From assembly GCF_964194155.1 (NCBI RefSeq), contig NW_027596908.1, forward strand, positions 62,001-126,000: DNA of 64,000 nt, given 5' to 3'. The number at the start of each line of letters is the position of its first letter. The first letter of the stretch is position 1. The position numbers were made by a program, and so were the translations under genes. Below, one piece after another: positions 46,801-61,800 of this stretch. The notes beneath the pieces are model-generated. The model saw nothing but the letters and a program-made list of their open reading frames with translations, was not told the DNA's origin and did no database searches. Source of the stretch: Cetorhinus maximus. Its lineage: Eukaryota.

Positions 46801-49800
46801 TCTATCCCTCCATCGATCCATCAATTACCCGTCTATCCACCAATCCATCCATCCATCAATCACCCGTCTGTCCTTCAATCTATCCATCCATCCATCAATC
46901 ACCCATCTATCCATCCATCCCTCCATCAATCACCCGTCTATCCAACAATCTATCCATCTATCCATCCATCAATCACCCGTCTATCCATCAATCTATCCCT
47001 CCATCCATCCATCAATCACCCGTCTATCCATCAATCTATCCATCCATCAATTACCTGTTTATCCATCAATCTGTCCCTCCATCCATCCATCAATCACCCG
47101 TCTATCCATCAATCTATCCATCCATCAATCACCCGTCTATCCATCAATCTATCCATCCATCAATCACCCGTCTATCCATCAATCTATCCATCCATCAATC
47201 ACCCGTCTATCCATCAATCTGTCCCTCCATCCATCCATCAATCACCCGTCTATCCATCGATCTATCCCTCCATCCATCCATCAATTACCCATCTATCCAT
47301 CAATCTATCCATCCATCAATCACCCGTCTATCCATCAACCTATTCCTCCATCCATCCATCAATTATCCGCTATCCATCAATCTATTCCTCCATCAATCAC
47401 CCATCTATCCATCAATCTATCCATCCATCCATCAATCACACATCTGTCCATCAATCTATCTATCCATCCATCAATTACCCATCTATCCATCATTCTATCC
47501 CTCCATCCATCCATCAATTAGCCGTCTATCCATCAATCTGTCCATCCATCAATCACCCGTCTATCCATCAATCTATCCCTCCATCCATCTATCCATCAAT
47601 CACCCGTCTATCCATCAATCTATCCCTTCATCCATCCATCAATCACCCGTCTGTCCATCAATCTATCCATCCATCCATCCAGCAATCACCCGTCTATCCA
47701 TCAATCTATCCCTCCATCCATCCATCAATCACCCGTCTGTCCATCAATCCATCCATCCATCAATTACCCATCTGTCCATCAATCTATCCATCCATCAATC
47801 ACCCGCCTATCCATCAATCCATCCATCCATCCATCCATCAATCACCCGTCTATCCATCAATCTATCCATCCATCAATCCATCAATTACCCGTCTATCCAT
47901 CAATCTATCCCTCCATCCATCCATCAATCACTCATCTATCCATCAATCTACCCATCCATCAATTACCCGTCTATCCATCAATCTATCCATCCATCAATCA
48001 CCCATCTATCCATCAATCTATCTCTCCATCCATCCATCAATCACTCATCTATGCATCAATCTATCCATCCNNNNNNNNNNNNNNNNNNNNNNNNNNNNNN
48101 NNNNNNNNNNNNNNNNNNNNNNNNNNNNNNNNNNNNNNNNNNNNNNNNNNNNNNNNNNNNNNNNNNNNNNNNNNNNNNNNNNNNNNNNNNNNNNNNNNNN
48201 CCATCAATCTATCCCTCCATCCATCCATCAATTACCCATCTATCCATCAATCTATCCATCCATCAATTACCCATCTATCCATCAACCTATCCATCCATCC
48301 ATCCATCCATCCAAACACCAGACCCAACACATTTACAAAACACAGTTGACCACAGGCTGGAGCCCATGGAGTCCCAGGGACTCAGTACTTACCCAGATGA
48401 CCTTCTCCTTGGTCACAGTGATGAAGGCACCCTTGAAATACACATAGATAGCCACGGCGCCCAGCTTCCTGTGATCGTTGCAGGCCCTGAACTCCACCAG
48501 TACCCGGAACCACACAGCTGAGCGCTGGTTGCAGACGGTCGTCACCTCGTATATCCCGGGTGCTCGGACATCTCCGGCTGCGCCATCGAAGGTGGTCAGC
48601 CTCTGGCCCTCCTTGACCGAGCAGACACCCTCCTTCCTGTAGCAGCCTCGCACCCCATTCCTAAGATGGCAAACCTCAGGGGCATGGCAGCCCACCTTCT
48701 CACACACCACCGCACCCGTGGCATAGCAGGTACACTTCTCCGCACAGTCTTGCGTGAAGATAGCCTCTTCCTCCTGCAAGCAATGGAGAACATGTCTGTA
48801 ACACTCCGTCAAATCAGAGTGCAGACACAGGTCATTCCATCCAATAGATCCATGTCCCACACGGGCCTCCTCCCACCCCCCTCTCCATCTCACCCCATCC
48901 CCATAACCTTCTATTCCTTTCTCCTTCATGTGTTTATCCAGCTTCCCCCTTAAATACATTGACACTATTCACCTTGACCTCTCCCTGTGGGAGCGAGTTC
49001 CACATTCTCCCTGCTCTCTGGGTAAAGAAGATTCTCTTGAATTCCCCATTGGATTTATTAGTGATGATCTTATATCGATGGCCCCTAGTTCTGGTCTCAC
49101 TCTGACAAGTGGAAACATCTTCTCTACGTCTACCAAATCGAAACCCTCTCATCATTTTAAAGATCTTGATCAGGTCACCCCTCAGCCTTCTCTTTTCTAG
49201 AGAAAATAGCCCCAGCCTGTTCAGTCTTTCCTGATAGTTATAACCTCTCCGTTCTTTTAACATCCTTCTAAAGCATTTTTGAACCTTTTCTGATGCCTTT
49301 ATATCTTTTCGATAATATGAATACCAGTCCTGTGCTCCAAGTGTGGTCTAACCAAGGGATATGGAGACCGGAACTGTGCACAGTGCTCCGAATGTGGTCT
49401 AACCAAGGGATACGGAGACCGGAACTGTGCACAGTGTTCCAAGTGTGGTGTAAACAAGGGATATGGAGACCGGAACTGTGCACAGTGTTCCAAGTGTGGT
49501 CTAAACAAGGGATACGGAGACTGGAACTGTGCACAGTGCTCCAAGTGTGGTCTAACCAAGGGCTACGGAGACCGGAACTGCGCACAATGCTCCGAGTGTG
49601 GTATAACCGAGGGATAGGGAGACCAGAACTGTGCACAGTGCTCCCAGTGTGGTCTAACCAAGGGATATGGAGACTGGAACTGTGCACAGTGCTCCCAGTG
49701 TGGTCTAACCAAGGGATATGGAGACTGGAACTGTGCACAGTGCTCCCAGTGTGGTCTAACCAAGGGATATGGAGACTGGAACTGTGCACAGTGCTCCCAG

Positions 49801-52800
49801 TGTGGTCTAACCAAGGGATATGGAGACTGGAACTGTGCCCAGTGCTACCAGTGTGGTCTTACCAAGGGATACGGAGATCGGAACAGTGCACAGTGCTCTA
49901 AGTTTCTATATTATTTTGCATAGAATGAAAAACCTGTTTTCAAATCACTCCATGGCCTCTCCACTCCTCATCTCTAACCTCCCCCAGACCTCCAGCTTTC
50001 CAAGATAGATTCCTGGATAAAGGTCAGTAGATTCTCAAAATTCGGCAGCAGAGGCCATTCAGCTCATCAAGCCTGCTCTGACCCTTTGAAAGATCTATCC
50101 AATTGGTCCCACTCTGGCTCTTACCCCCACATCCCTGCAATTCTATCCCCCCTTCAAGTATTTCTCCAATTTCCCCTTTTGAAAGTTCCTATTGAATCTG
50201 CTTCCACCGCCCTTTCAGGCAGCGCCTTCCAGATCACAACAACTCGCTGTGTGTAAAACAAAATCCTCCTCATCTCCCCCTCTGGTTCTTTTCCCGATTC
50301 TCTTCAATCAGTGTCCTCTGTAATGCTCCCTCTACACTGTCCCCATCAAACACTCCCAGGACAGGTACAGCACGGGGTTAGATACAGAGTAAAGCTCCCT
50401 CTACACCGTCCCCATCAAACACTCCCAGGACAGGTACAGCACGGGGTTAGATACAGAGTAAAGCTCCCTCTACACTGTCCCCATCAAACACTCCCAGGAC
50501 AGGTACAGCACGGGGTTAGATACAGAGTAAAGCTCCCTCTACACTGTCCCCATCAAACACTCCCAGGACAGGTACAGCACGGGGTTAGATACGGAGTAAA
50601 GCTCCCTCTACACTGTCCCCATCAAACACTCCCAGGACAGGTACAGCACGGGATTAGATACAGAGTAAAGCTCCCTCTACACTGTCCCCATCAAACCCGC
50701 CCAGGCCAGGAACAGCACGGGGGTTAGATACAGAGTAAAGCTCCCTCTACACTGTCCCCATCAAACACTCCCAGGCCAGGTACAGCACGGGGTTAGATAC
50801 AGAGTAAAGCTCCCTCTACACTTTCTCCAAAAAGCACTCCCAGGGCAGGTACAGCATGGGGTTAGACACAGAGTGAAGCTCCCTCTACAATTACACTGGT
50901 GTACAAACACTGGAATTCTCAGCAATGAGAAGATGAACAGGGTTACCTGAAAATATCTTCCTCGGTAGATGCAGCCACAGGTTTTCATGGGAACACATTT
51001 ATTGCCACTGAAGACGTAACCAGCATCGCACTGACAACCCTCGGAGCAGGTGGTGTTACAGCCTCCAGGGGCAATCATTTCAGAACAGGTAGCTTCACAG
51101 GTATCGGCGCAGAGCTCATAGTGGCTGTTCACTGGGCAGGAGACAGCTACCGAGAGGGGAGGAAAACAAAGAATATCCTTATAAAGAGGCTGTGTCTCCA
51201 GGACACTGACTCCCTAGGTGCAGGTCCCACAGTAACACAGGTTAAAAAGGTGAAAGTCAGATGTGAGCTCAGTGAGAATGGCACTGAGATGGTCATTGCA
51301 AATCAGATGTGTTGCTGGGAAGAGAAGGGACATGGGGACTAGGGAGGGATTGAGGGATATGGGGAGAAGATGGGTGAGTGGGATTGAGGGATATGAGGAG
51401 AAGGTGGGTGAGTGGAAATGAGGGATATGGGGAGAAGGTGGGTGAGTGAGATTGAGGGATATGGGGAGACGGTGGGTAGGTGGGGATTGAGGGATATGGG
51501 GAGACGGTGGGTAGGTGGGGATTGAGGGATATGGGGAGAAGGTGGGTAGGTGGGGATTGAGGGATATGGGGAGAGGTGGGTAGGTGGGGATTGAGGGATA
51601 TGGGGAGAAGGTGGGTGGGTGGGGATTGAGGGATATGGGGAGAAGGTGGGTGGGTGGGGATTGAGGGATATGGGGAGAAGGTGGGTGGGTGGGGATTGAG
51701 GGATATGGGGAGAAGGTGGGTGGGTGGGGATTGAGGGATATGGGGAGAAGGTGGGTGGGTGGGGATTGAGGGATATGGGGAGAAGGTGGGTGGGTGGGGA
51801 TTGAGGGATATGGGGAGAAGGTGGGTGGGTGGGGATTGAGGGATATGGAGAGAAGGTGGGTGGGTGGGGATTGAGGGATATGGGGAGAAGGTGGGTGGGT
51901 GGGGATTGAGGGATATGGGGAGAAGTTGGGTAGGTGGGATTGAGGGATATGGGGAGAAGGTGGGTGAGTGGGATTGAGGGATATGGGGAGAAGGTGGGTA
52001 GGTGGGAATTGAGGGATATGAGGAGATAGCTTTAAAGGCAGATTCATTAGTTAACAAGATATATTCATTGGATCCCAATGATGCTAATCCTAAAGGAATG
52101 TTCCTGTTGCTATGAAGTGAGCATTAACTCAGTATTCAGACTTTGGTAACGTGTAGTATTTATCCCTGGTCAGCCTGCTCCAGCACCCCCTTCACCCAAG
52201 AGTTGGGTTAACTGAGCGTGGATTTTATAACTAGCCTCAGTACTACCTCATACTGGGGAGGGAGTGCAGGGAGATGGAGAGGGGGTTGCAGAATCAATCA
52301 GCGTTGACATCCATTGCTCCCTGCTCTGGGTGAGGTGAGCAGATAACTGGACTGAGCTGTGCTGCACCCTCTCCACCCAGGCTGAGGGAGGGGGATTCAG
52401 ACAGTGCCAACCTCCCTGGGCACCCAGGGCTTGAGTGGGTGGGGAAGAGGTGGCGAGGGGCTGCCCATCTCATCGCACATTTGGTCAGGCAGGGGAGCTG
52501 CGAGTAGAAAGGGAGGTCCTAGTTTGACAGGAGGCTCTGCTACTCTGCCCACCCCACACGGAACGACCCCATACTTACCACAGAAGTTCTTGTGCCTCCA
52601 GGATTGGATCTGAACCCCGGCAGCCTGGCAGGCAATGACATAGGCTTGGAGGCTGTAGCAGAGCACATCAGTCTGCCCATTGGCTTTGCACAGGTCGTAC
52701 AGGCAGTTCTTGAAGAACGTGTCAGGGTCGATCACCCGGGCACAGGCGGCAAATGGCCCATCAGCTGCTTTGAGGAGGCCGCAGGCTTCGTCCTTGCTGT

Positions 52801-55800
52801 ACAAGGTGGCCTTCCTTACGTCGCACTTTGGGCACTTATCCCCACAGCCATCGGTGCACTGTACCCAACTGACGTCCATCTTCCAGCTCACGCCGAACTC
52901 CGTCACGTTGGTGGTCCTATTCCCGCCGGGGAGAATGAACTCATCCTCTTTATCCCCGTTGTAGTTTCCACACAAGCCGCCCAGCTTCCCCTCGTAGGTG
53001 CTGGGAACCACCACCGCCACATAATACCAAGTGTCATATGTCACCTCCAGACCAAACCTGGTCCGCAGGACAATCTTCATCCCTTCCTGAGTCACCTTGA
53101 CCCTCTTACAGCTCAGCTGAAAGGGGAGACTGAACGATTCTCCATTGACCTGTGAGAGACAAAGGGACTGAGTAAGCAGCAGCCACACGGGAGTTAGGAT
53201 CTGGAATGCACTGCCTGAAAGGACAGTGGAAACAGATTCAACAGGAACGAGCAATTCACTTTCTACGCCCACCTTTCACATAATAAAACATCCCAAGTCA
53301 CTTGGCAGCAGCATTATTGAACAACAGCCTGACCCCAAGCCACAGAAGGAGAAATAAGGACAGGCGACCAAAGGCTTGGTCAAAGAGGTCGGTTCTAAAG
53401 AGCATCTTAAAGGAGGAGAGAGAGAGAGAGAGAGAGTGAGAAAGAGAAAAATGGAGGGGTTTAGGGAGGGAATTCCAGAGCTCAGGGCCCCCCAGGCAGC
53501 TGAAGGCACGGCCGCCAATGGTGGAGCGATGGGAATCGGGGGATGCTCAAGAGGCCGGAATTGGAGGAGCGCAGAGATCTCGGAGGGGTGTAGGGGCTTG
53601 TGGAGTTCACAGAGATAGGGAGGGTTGTAGGGGCTGGAGGAGGTTACAGAGATAGGGAGGGTTGTAGGGGCTGGAGGAGGTTACAGAGATAGGGAGGGTT
53701 GTAGGGTCTGGAGGAGGTTACAGAGATAGGGAGGGTTGTAGGGGCTGGAGGAGGTTACAGGGATAGGGAGGGTTGTAGGGGCTGGAGGAGGTTACAGGGA
53801 ATGGGGGGGTTGTAGGGGCAGGAGGAGGTTACAGGGATAGGGAGGGTTGTAGGGGCTGGAGGAGGTTAAAGGGATAGGGAGGGGTGTAGGGGCTGGAGGA
53901 GGTTACAGAGATAGGGAGGGTTGCGGGGGCTGGAGGAGGTTACAGAGATAGGGAGGGTTGTAGGGTCTGGAGGAGGTTACAGGGATAGGGAGGGTTGTAG
54001 GGGCTGGAGGAGGTTACAGAGATAGGGAGGGTTGTAGGGGCTGGAGGAGGTTATAGAGATAGGGAGGGTTATAGGGGTGGAGGAGGTTACAGGGATAGGG
54101 AGGGTTATAGGGGTGGAGGAGGTAATGGAGATAGGGAAAAGTGGAGGAATTTGAAAACAGGATGAGAATATTAAAATGGAGGCACAGTTGCCAGACCAGG
54201 TGCCAGTGTAGGTCAGTGAACGGGGTTTGGGGGGTGATGGCTGAACGGGGAGGGGAATAGGAGGCAGCAGAGTTCTGAATGAGCTAAAGTTTACAGAGGG
54301 CGGAACGCGGGTTTCCAGCCAGGAGATGGTCAGAAAAGCTGGGTCTGGAGGTAAGAACTCCGATGAACACCTAAACCACCAGCAACGCCTTGCCCCTTCC
54401 CCAGCAACCCAATCTCCACAAGACTCACCTGAATCTTCCACCTCACCCCCTGTCCCATGGTGAAGCGGTGGCCGTAGACATCGACCATGACCACCTGGCT
54501 CACCAACACCTTCCCGCTTCCCCACTGGACGTTCTCCACCAGCACGCTGAAGTCCACCAGGCTGCTGGACAGCCTCACCACCTTGGACAAGACGTAGGCG
54601 CAGGTGCCTTGGAAATCGAACCTCAGCCCGTCGAACGAGAGGTAGTGCGGGTCCCCCGATGCCACGCATTTGGCGTGGCCCGTTGGCTGGCAGCCCCGCA
54701 CCCCATTGGCCACCTGGCACACCTCACCCGGCCCGCAGGTGCTATCGACGCACTGCACATCGTTGTCCCCGTGGCACATGCACCTCTCCTTGCAGAGGGG
54801 GCCGGGGTAAAAGACCTCCCCCTTCTTCCGGTACGTCCCCTGGTGCACACAGCCACAGTCTGCCAGGGGGAGGCACTGGTCGCCACTCAGGATGAAGCCG
54901 TTGTCACACTGGCAGGACTCCTTGCAGGGGGCTTGGCAGCTCTGGGGAGAGGTCAGACTGTAGCAGGTCGCCGGACAGCCAGGTCCACACAGCTCATAAT
55001 GGGCATTCTTTGGACAGTTGATAGCTGTGAGAGAGGGAACGAACCAGACATCAGCGAAATAATCCAGCACGCTCACACTCTTCAAATAAACAAACCGAGG
55101 GGAAGGGTCTTTATCATGGTAACCATCCCAGGACAATGATGTGGAGCAGCAATGCTCGCTGCAGTACCGATCGGAAAACCTCCCATTTCTCTAGCGCCTG
55201 TCACCCTCTCAGGGCATCCCAGAGACAGAATCACAGCCAATGAGGGGCTTTGTTTGAAGCGAGGTCACTGTTGTAATGTCGGAAACGTGGCAGCCAATTG
55301 GCGCACAGCAAGATCCCACAAGCAGCGATGTGATCATGACCCAGATTGACTGTTTTTTAGTGATGTTGGATGAGGGATAAATATTGGCCCCAGGACACCG
55401 GGGAGAAAACTCCCCCCCTGCTCTTCTTCCAAATAGTGGCCGTGGGATCTTTCCCACCCGCCCGAGGGGGCAGACGGGGGCCTCGGTTTAATGTCACTAA
55501 TGTCTTCAACAGTGCAGCACTCCCTCATCACTGACCCTCTCAGAGTGCAGCGCTCCCTCAGTACTGACCCTCCGTCAGTGCAGCGCTCCCTCAGTACTGA
55601 CCCTCCGACAGTGCGGCTCTCCCTCAGTACTGACCCTCCGACAGTGCAGCGCTCCCTCAGTACTGACCCTCTGACAGTGCAGCATTCCGTCAGTACTGAC
55701 CCTCCGACAGTGCGCCACTCAGTACTGACCCTCCGACAGTGCAGCATTCCCTCAGTACTGACCCTCCGACAGTGCGCCACTCAGTACTGACCCTCCGACA

Positions 55801-58800
55801 GTGCAGCATTCCCTCAGTACTGACCCTCCGACAGTGCGCCACTCAGTACTGACCCTCCGACAGTGCGCCACTCAGTACTGACCCTCCGACAGTGCAGCAT
55901 TCCCTCAGTACTGACCCTCCGACAGTGCGCCACTCAGTACTGACCCTCCGACAGTGCAGCACTCCCTCAGTACTGACCCTCCGACAGTGCAGCACTCCCT
56001 CAGTACTGACCTTCCGACAATGCAGCACTCCCTCAGTACTGACCCTCCGACAATGCAGCACTCCCTCAGTACTGACCCTCCGACAGTGCAGCACTCCCTC
56101 AGTACTGACCCTCCGATAGAGCAGCACTCCCTCAATGCTGACCCTCCGACAGTGCGGCACTCCCTCAGTACTGACCCTCCGACAGAGCAGCACTCCCTCA
56201 ATGCTGACCCTCCAACAATGCAGCACTCCCTCAGTACTGACCCTCCGACAGTGCAGCACTCCCTCAGTACTGACCTTCCAAAATCTCTGCACTCCTCCAA
56301 TTCCGGCCTGTTGAGCATCGTCTGACTTCCATCGCCCCTTCACTGGAATTCCCTCGCTGGCCCTCTCCACACCACCCACCCCCACTCCTCCTTTAAGGCG
56401 ATTGTTAAAAACTGACCTCTTTGAACTCTTGGCTGCCTGCCTCTCACATCGCCCTTATGTGGCTCGGGGGTGGTCAAAGCTGAGTCGGATAATGGCATGG
56501 GGGAACCGTTTCACTGCAGTCCGGGCATGAGGGGAATGCGCACCGTTCAGGGAGAGGGAGTCGGAGTGGACGGCGGTGCGGGTGGGGACCGCAAGCCCCC
56601 GGCGCAGAGCAGACGGGCCAAGGGGAATGCACACCCTTTGGGGAGAGGGAGTCGGGGTGGATGGCGGTGTGGCTGGGGACTGCAAGCCCCCGGCACGGAG
56701 CAGATGGGCCGAGTGGCCAGTTTCTGTGCTGTGGAGTTCGAGGCAGCACCTGTTGGCGCCGCGGAAACCCCTCTGAGAAACCCCCAGCTGCTTAGTTGAG
56801 TTTACTCACGGCAGAAGTCGCTGCTCCTCCAAGGGTAGACCTTGGCCCCTGCCTCCTGGCAGGCAGTGGCGTAGAGGCTGAGGGCGTCGCAGAGGGCTTT
56901 CCGGAACCCCTGATAGTGGCAGACGTCGTAGAGGCAGTCCTGGAAAAAGGGACGGGGGTCGACGGCCTGGAGGCAGTCACGGAAGGGTCCGATCTGGCTG
57001 CGTATTCTCCCGCAGTGAGCGTCTCCGCTGTACTCCTCGGCCTGGCCCCTGGGGCACTCCGGGCAGGCGTGCCCGCAGCCCAAGACGCAGCCGGGGACGT
57101 CCGCCGCTTTCCAGGCCTGTCCGAAGGCCTCGACGTCCTGGGTCACCTGCCCGCTGGGGAGGCGCAGGTCCCCCTCGGCCCTCCCGCCGTAGTCCCCGGA
57201 GAGTCCGCAGACAGCACCGGCGTAGCTGCCGGGCAGCGTGACGGTCACCCGGCTCCACCAGTCGAAGGTCACCCTCAGGCCGAAGTCCGTCTGGACCACC
57301 CCCGTCCAGCCGCTCCGGTAGACGGAGATCCGGTCGTCGGCGAGGTTGTGCGGCAGCGAAGCGAGAAGGCCATCCACCTGAGAGGGGGGAAAGGTCAAGA
57401 TGTTATTGTCCTCCAGCGCCTGGTACCCGCCACCCTCAGGACAATCCCAGAGCGTTTCGCAGCCCAGCAGGGACCAGTTTTTTTAAGAAGCGAGGTCACT
57501 GTTGTAGGAAACGCAATTGGCGCACAGCAAGATCCCACAAACATCAACATGGTCATGACCCACATCATCTATTTTTTTTTAGTGATGTTGGTTGAGGGAT
57601 AAATATCGGTCCCAGGGACACCGGGGAGAACTCGCCCGCCCTGCTCTTCTTCCAAATAGTGGCCGTGGGATCTTTCACACCCGCCCGAGAGGGCAGATGG
57701 AGCCTCGGTTTAATGTCTCATCTGAAAGGCAGTGCGGCACTCCCTCAGTACTGACCCTCCGACAGTGCAGCACTCCCTCAGTACTGACCCTCCGACAGTG
57801 CAGCACTCCCTCAGTACTGACCCTCCGACAGTGCAGCACTCCCTCAGTACTGACCCTTCAACAGTGCAGCACTCCCTCAGTACTGACCCTCCGACAGTGC
57901 GGCACTCCCTCAGTACTGACCCTCCGACAGTGCAGCACTCCCTCAGTACTGACCCTCCGACAGTGCAGCACTCCCTCAGTACTGACCCTCCGACAGTGCG
58001 GCACTCCCTCAGTACTGACCCTCCGATAGTGCAGCACTCCTTCAGTACTGACCCTCCGACAGTGCAGCACTCCCTCAGTACTGACCCTCCGACAGTGCAG
58101 CACTCCCTCAGTACTGACCCTCCGACAGTGCAGCGCTCACTCAGTACTGACCCTCCGACAGTGCAGCACTCCCTCAGCACTGAGCCTCCGACAGTGCGGC
58201 GCTCCCTCAGTACTGACCCTCCGACAGTGCAGCACTCCCTCAGTACTGACCCTCCGACAGTGCGGCACTCCCTCAGCACTGACCCTCCGACAGTGCAGCA
58301 CTCCCTCAGCACTGACCCTCCGACAGTGCGGCGCTCCCTCAGTACTGACCCTCCGACAGTGCGGCACTCCCTCAGTACTGACCCTCCGACAGTGCGGCAC
58401 TCCCTCAGTACTGACCCTCCGACAGTGCGGCACTCCCTCAGCACTGTCCTGAAGCGTGCGAATTAGGTAGGTGGGGATTGAAGGATATGAGGAGAAGGTG
58501 GGATTGAGGGATATGTGGTGGGGGGGAATGTGAGATTGATGGGTACGGGGAGAAAATGGGGTTTATGGGTGTGGGGAGAAGATGGGATTGAGGGATATGG
58601 TGGGGGGGAGGGTGGGGTGAGGGTTATGTGGTGGGGGGTAAGGTGAGATTGAGGGGTACGGGGAGAAAATGGGGCTTAGGGGTGTGGGGAGAAGATGGGA
58701 TTGAGGGACAGGGTACTTGCAACCAACCTTACCAATTCTCTCTCGTGCTCCCAGTTCCGGGTTCCTCACTGCTCCCCTGATCAGCCCAGTTAGCCCTGAG

Positions 58801-61800
58801 GGGCTTGCGAGAGGTGGGGTGGGGGTGAGGTGAGGGGGGAGGAGGAGGAGGGAGGACACTCACCATAATCCTGCGTGGTTGAGTCACACTGAGAACGATG
58901 GTGACCCCGTAAACCTGGACGGTGACGACCTTGCTGCCTCGGTGGCTGTTCTGCACGAGTACCTCAAACGGGGTGAGGTCGCTAGTTTCGGAGCACAGGC
59001 CCGAAAGCCTGTAGATGCAGGTCCCCATGAAATTGTACCTGGTGCCATCAAAGGTGGTGTAGTGGGGGACTCCGGAGGCAGAGCAGGTGGAGTAGTTGGC
59101 CGGGAAGCAGCCCCGGACTCCGTCCACGGTAGCGCACAGCTCGCTGGACTTGCACTGCTTGGCCTCGCACACCACCATCTTCACGGCCGGGTCGCAGAAG
59201 CACTGAACTTGGCACTTCTGGTCGGCCCAGAACCTCTCGTTGGGTTTGTAGTGGACCCCCTGGTAGGTGCAGCCACAGGAGGCAGAGGGCACACACTTGC
59301 CATCCATCAGCACGTAGCCTGCATTGCAATCGCAGCTCTCCACGCATGGCTGCAGGCAGCTAGCTGTCCCATTGGAGCTGATGCAGGTATCCTGGCAGGC
59401 CCTCCCGCAGGCTTCATAGTGGCTGTTTGCAGGACACTTGAGGGCTGTGGAGTAACCAGATACATACTGAAGCTGAGGAGGTCAAAGAGAGCAGCAACCA
59501 TTCACTGACCAATTCACCAGACAGCCCAAAGAGCCTCAGGAACAGGACATGTCCTCTTCCACCATCCAATACAGTCTGGGCTGAACTTCAACTAGAATTT
59601 CCCGCCCTCTCCCCCAATGCCCAAAAACCCCATCGATCTCGGTCCTGCATATACCCAGCGACGGAGCACCCACAGCTCCCTGGGGTGGGAGACAATTCCA
59701 AAGATTCACAACCCTCCGAGTGAAGACATTTCCCCTCGTCTCTGTCCAAAACGGCCAACCCTCTTGTCCTGACACTGTGACCACCCCCCACCCCAACTTC
59801 CTGCTAGCTCCAGTCTCTCCAGCCAGGGAGAAAGAGCCTCTCAGCATCGGCCCTGCCAAAACCCTCACTTTCCTCTTGCCGAAAGCTAATATTTCGGCAG
59901 GAGCATAGAAGGTGAAGATCGTTAGGCCCAATGTGTCTGCACTAATACTCTCCGAATCCCAAATTAACCCCATTGGCCCATTGTCTGAAACCCACACTGA
60001 CTCTCACTGGGGTACGGGTCCCACACACACTGACACTCACTGGGGTACGGGTCCCACACACACTGACACTCACTGGGGTACGGGTCCCACACACACTGAC
60101 TCTCACTGGGGTACGGGTCCCACACACACTGACTCTCACTGGGGTACGGGTCCCACACACACTGACTCTCACTGGGGTACGGGTCCCACACGCACTGACT
60201 CTCACTGGGGTACGGGTCCCACACACACTGACTCGCACTGGGGTACGGGTCCCACACACACTGACTCTCACTGGGGTAGGGGTCCCACACACACTGACTC
60301 TCACTGGGGTACGGGTCCCACACACACTGACTCTCACTGGGGTACGGGTCCCACACACACTGACTCTCACTGGGGTACGGGTCCCACACACACTGACTCG
60401 CACTGGGGTACGGGTCCCACACACACTGACTCTCACTGGGGTAGGGGTCCCACACACACTGACTCTCACTGGGGTACGGGTCCCACACACACTGACTCTC
60501 ACTGGGGTACGGGTCCCACACACACTGACTCTCACTGGGGTACGGGTCCCACACACACTGACTCTCACTGGGGTACGGGTCCCAAACACACTGACTCTCA
60601 CTGGGGTACGGGCCCCACACACACTGACTCTCACTGGGGTACGGGTCCCACACACACTGACTCTCACTGGGGTACGGGTCCCACACGCACTGACTCGCAC
60701 TGGGTACGGGTCCCACACACACTGACTCGCACTGGGGTACGGGTCCCACACACACTGACTCTCACTGGGGTACGGGTTCCACACACACTGACTCTCACTT
60801 ACGGCAGGATGTCTCCTTGCGCCAGTCTGTCAGAATGACTCCCTCCTTTTTGCACTCTGTGGCGTACGCGGCCAGTGCCTGGCATAACATGCTCTTCTGT
60901 CCCTGGTGCAAGCAAACATCATAGACGCAGCTGTCGAAGAAGGGTCTGTGGTCCACCTTGACATGACATGGCTCGAAGATGTTTCTCAGCCAGCCGCAGT
61001 ACTGCTCACTCTCATACCGCTCTCGGCTATCCTCATCGCAAGTGGGACAGTAACCACGGCAATAATCCCAGCAGAAGGGGTCCTGGTTGTTGATCTTCCA
61101 GCTGCCTGCCCACTGCACCACCGAGGAAACGCTGGTGCCATTTGGAAAGAGCTGGTCATCGCTTGCCTCTCCGTTGAAGTTTCCGCACAGCCCACACAGG
61201 TTTCCAAAGTAGCTGCTCGGAATCTCGATGACCAGGTACCACTGCCAGTCATAGTACACGGTCAGGCCAAAATCCACCTCCAGCACAGCGTAGGCCCCAC
61301 TCTGATAAAGGCGCAGTTTCCCCTCGGCCAGTGTCACTGGTAAACTGACTCGCACATCATCAACCTGGGCAGAAGAGGGATAACTTTCAAAATGGTCTGT
61401 CCAGGGGAGAGCTCATTCACAACAGTCAGGTACAGCGTGAGGTAAATGGCAGCACGGTTAGCACAGAGCTCGAATTACCCATATAAACCTCCCTCTACAC
61501 TGTCCCCATCAAACACTCACAGGACAGGCACAGCACGGGGTTAGATACAGAGTAAAACTCCGTCTACCAAGGCTTAGCTGTTTCCTGTCCCTGGAAATGG
61601 ATGTCACTGTGTGGTTGGTTGGTGACAGTATGTCCATCTGTATCTGACTGCGATACAGTTGGAAGTTTGACCAGAAACTAAACTGCACTAGCCAGATAAA
61701 TACTGTGGCTACAAGAGCAGGTCAGAGGCTGGGAATCCTGCGGAGACTAACTCACCTCTTGACTCCCCAAAGCCTGTCCACCATCTACAAGGCACAAGTC

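Noticed and set aside
46314-46931. Exact duplication 46314-46557 / 46688-46931 and the 608-aa ORF at 46695
   Set aside because: Bounded by identical-size 130-N gaps in simple repeat, so probably a scaffolding artefact; the ORF spans Ns
56532-56712. 91-bp two-copy tandem duplication in an FCGBP-like intron
   Set aside because: Diverged local duplication with no recognisable structure or coding signal
59912-60838. CRISPR-like array or 308-aa repeat protein
   Set aside because: Contiguous units without unique spacers, no cas genes, and located in an intron of a vertebrate gene
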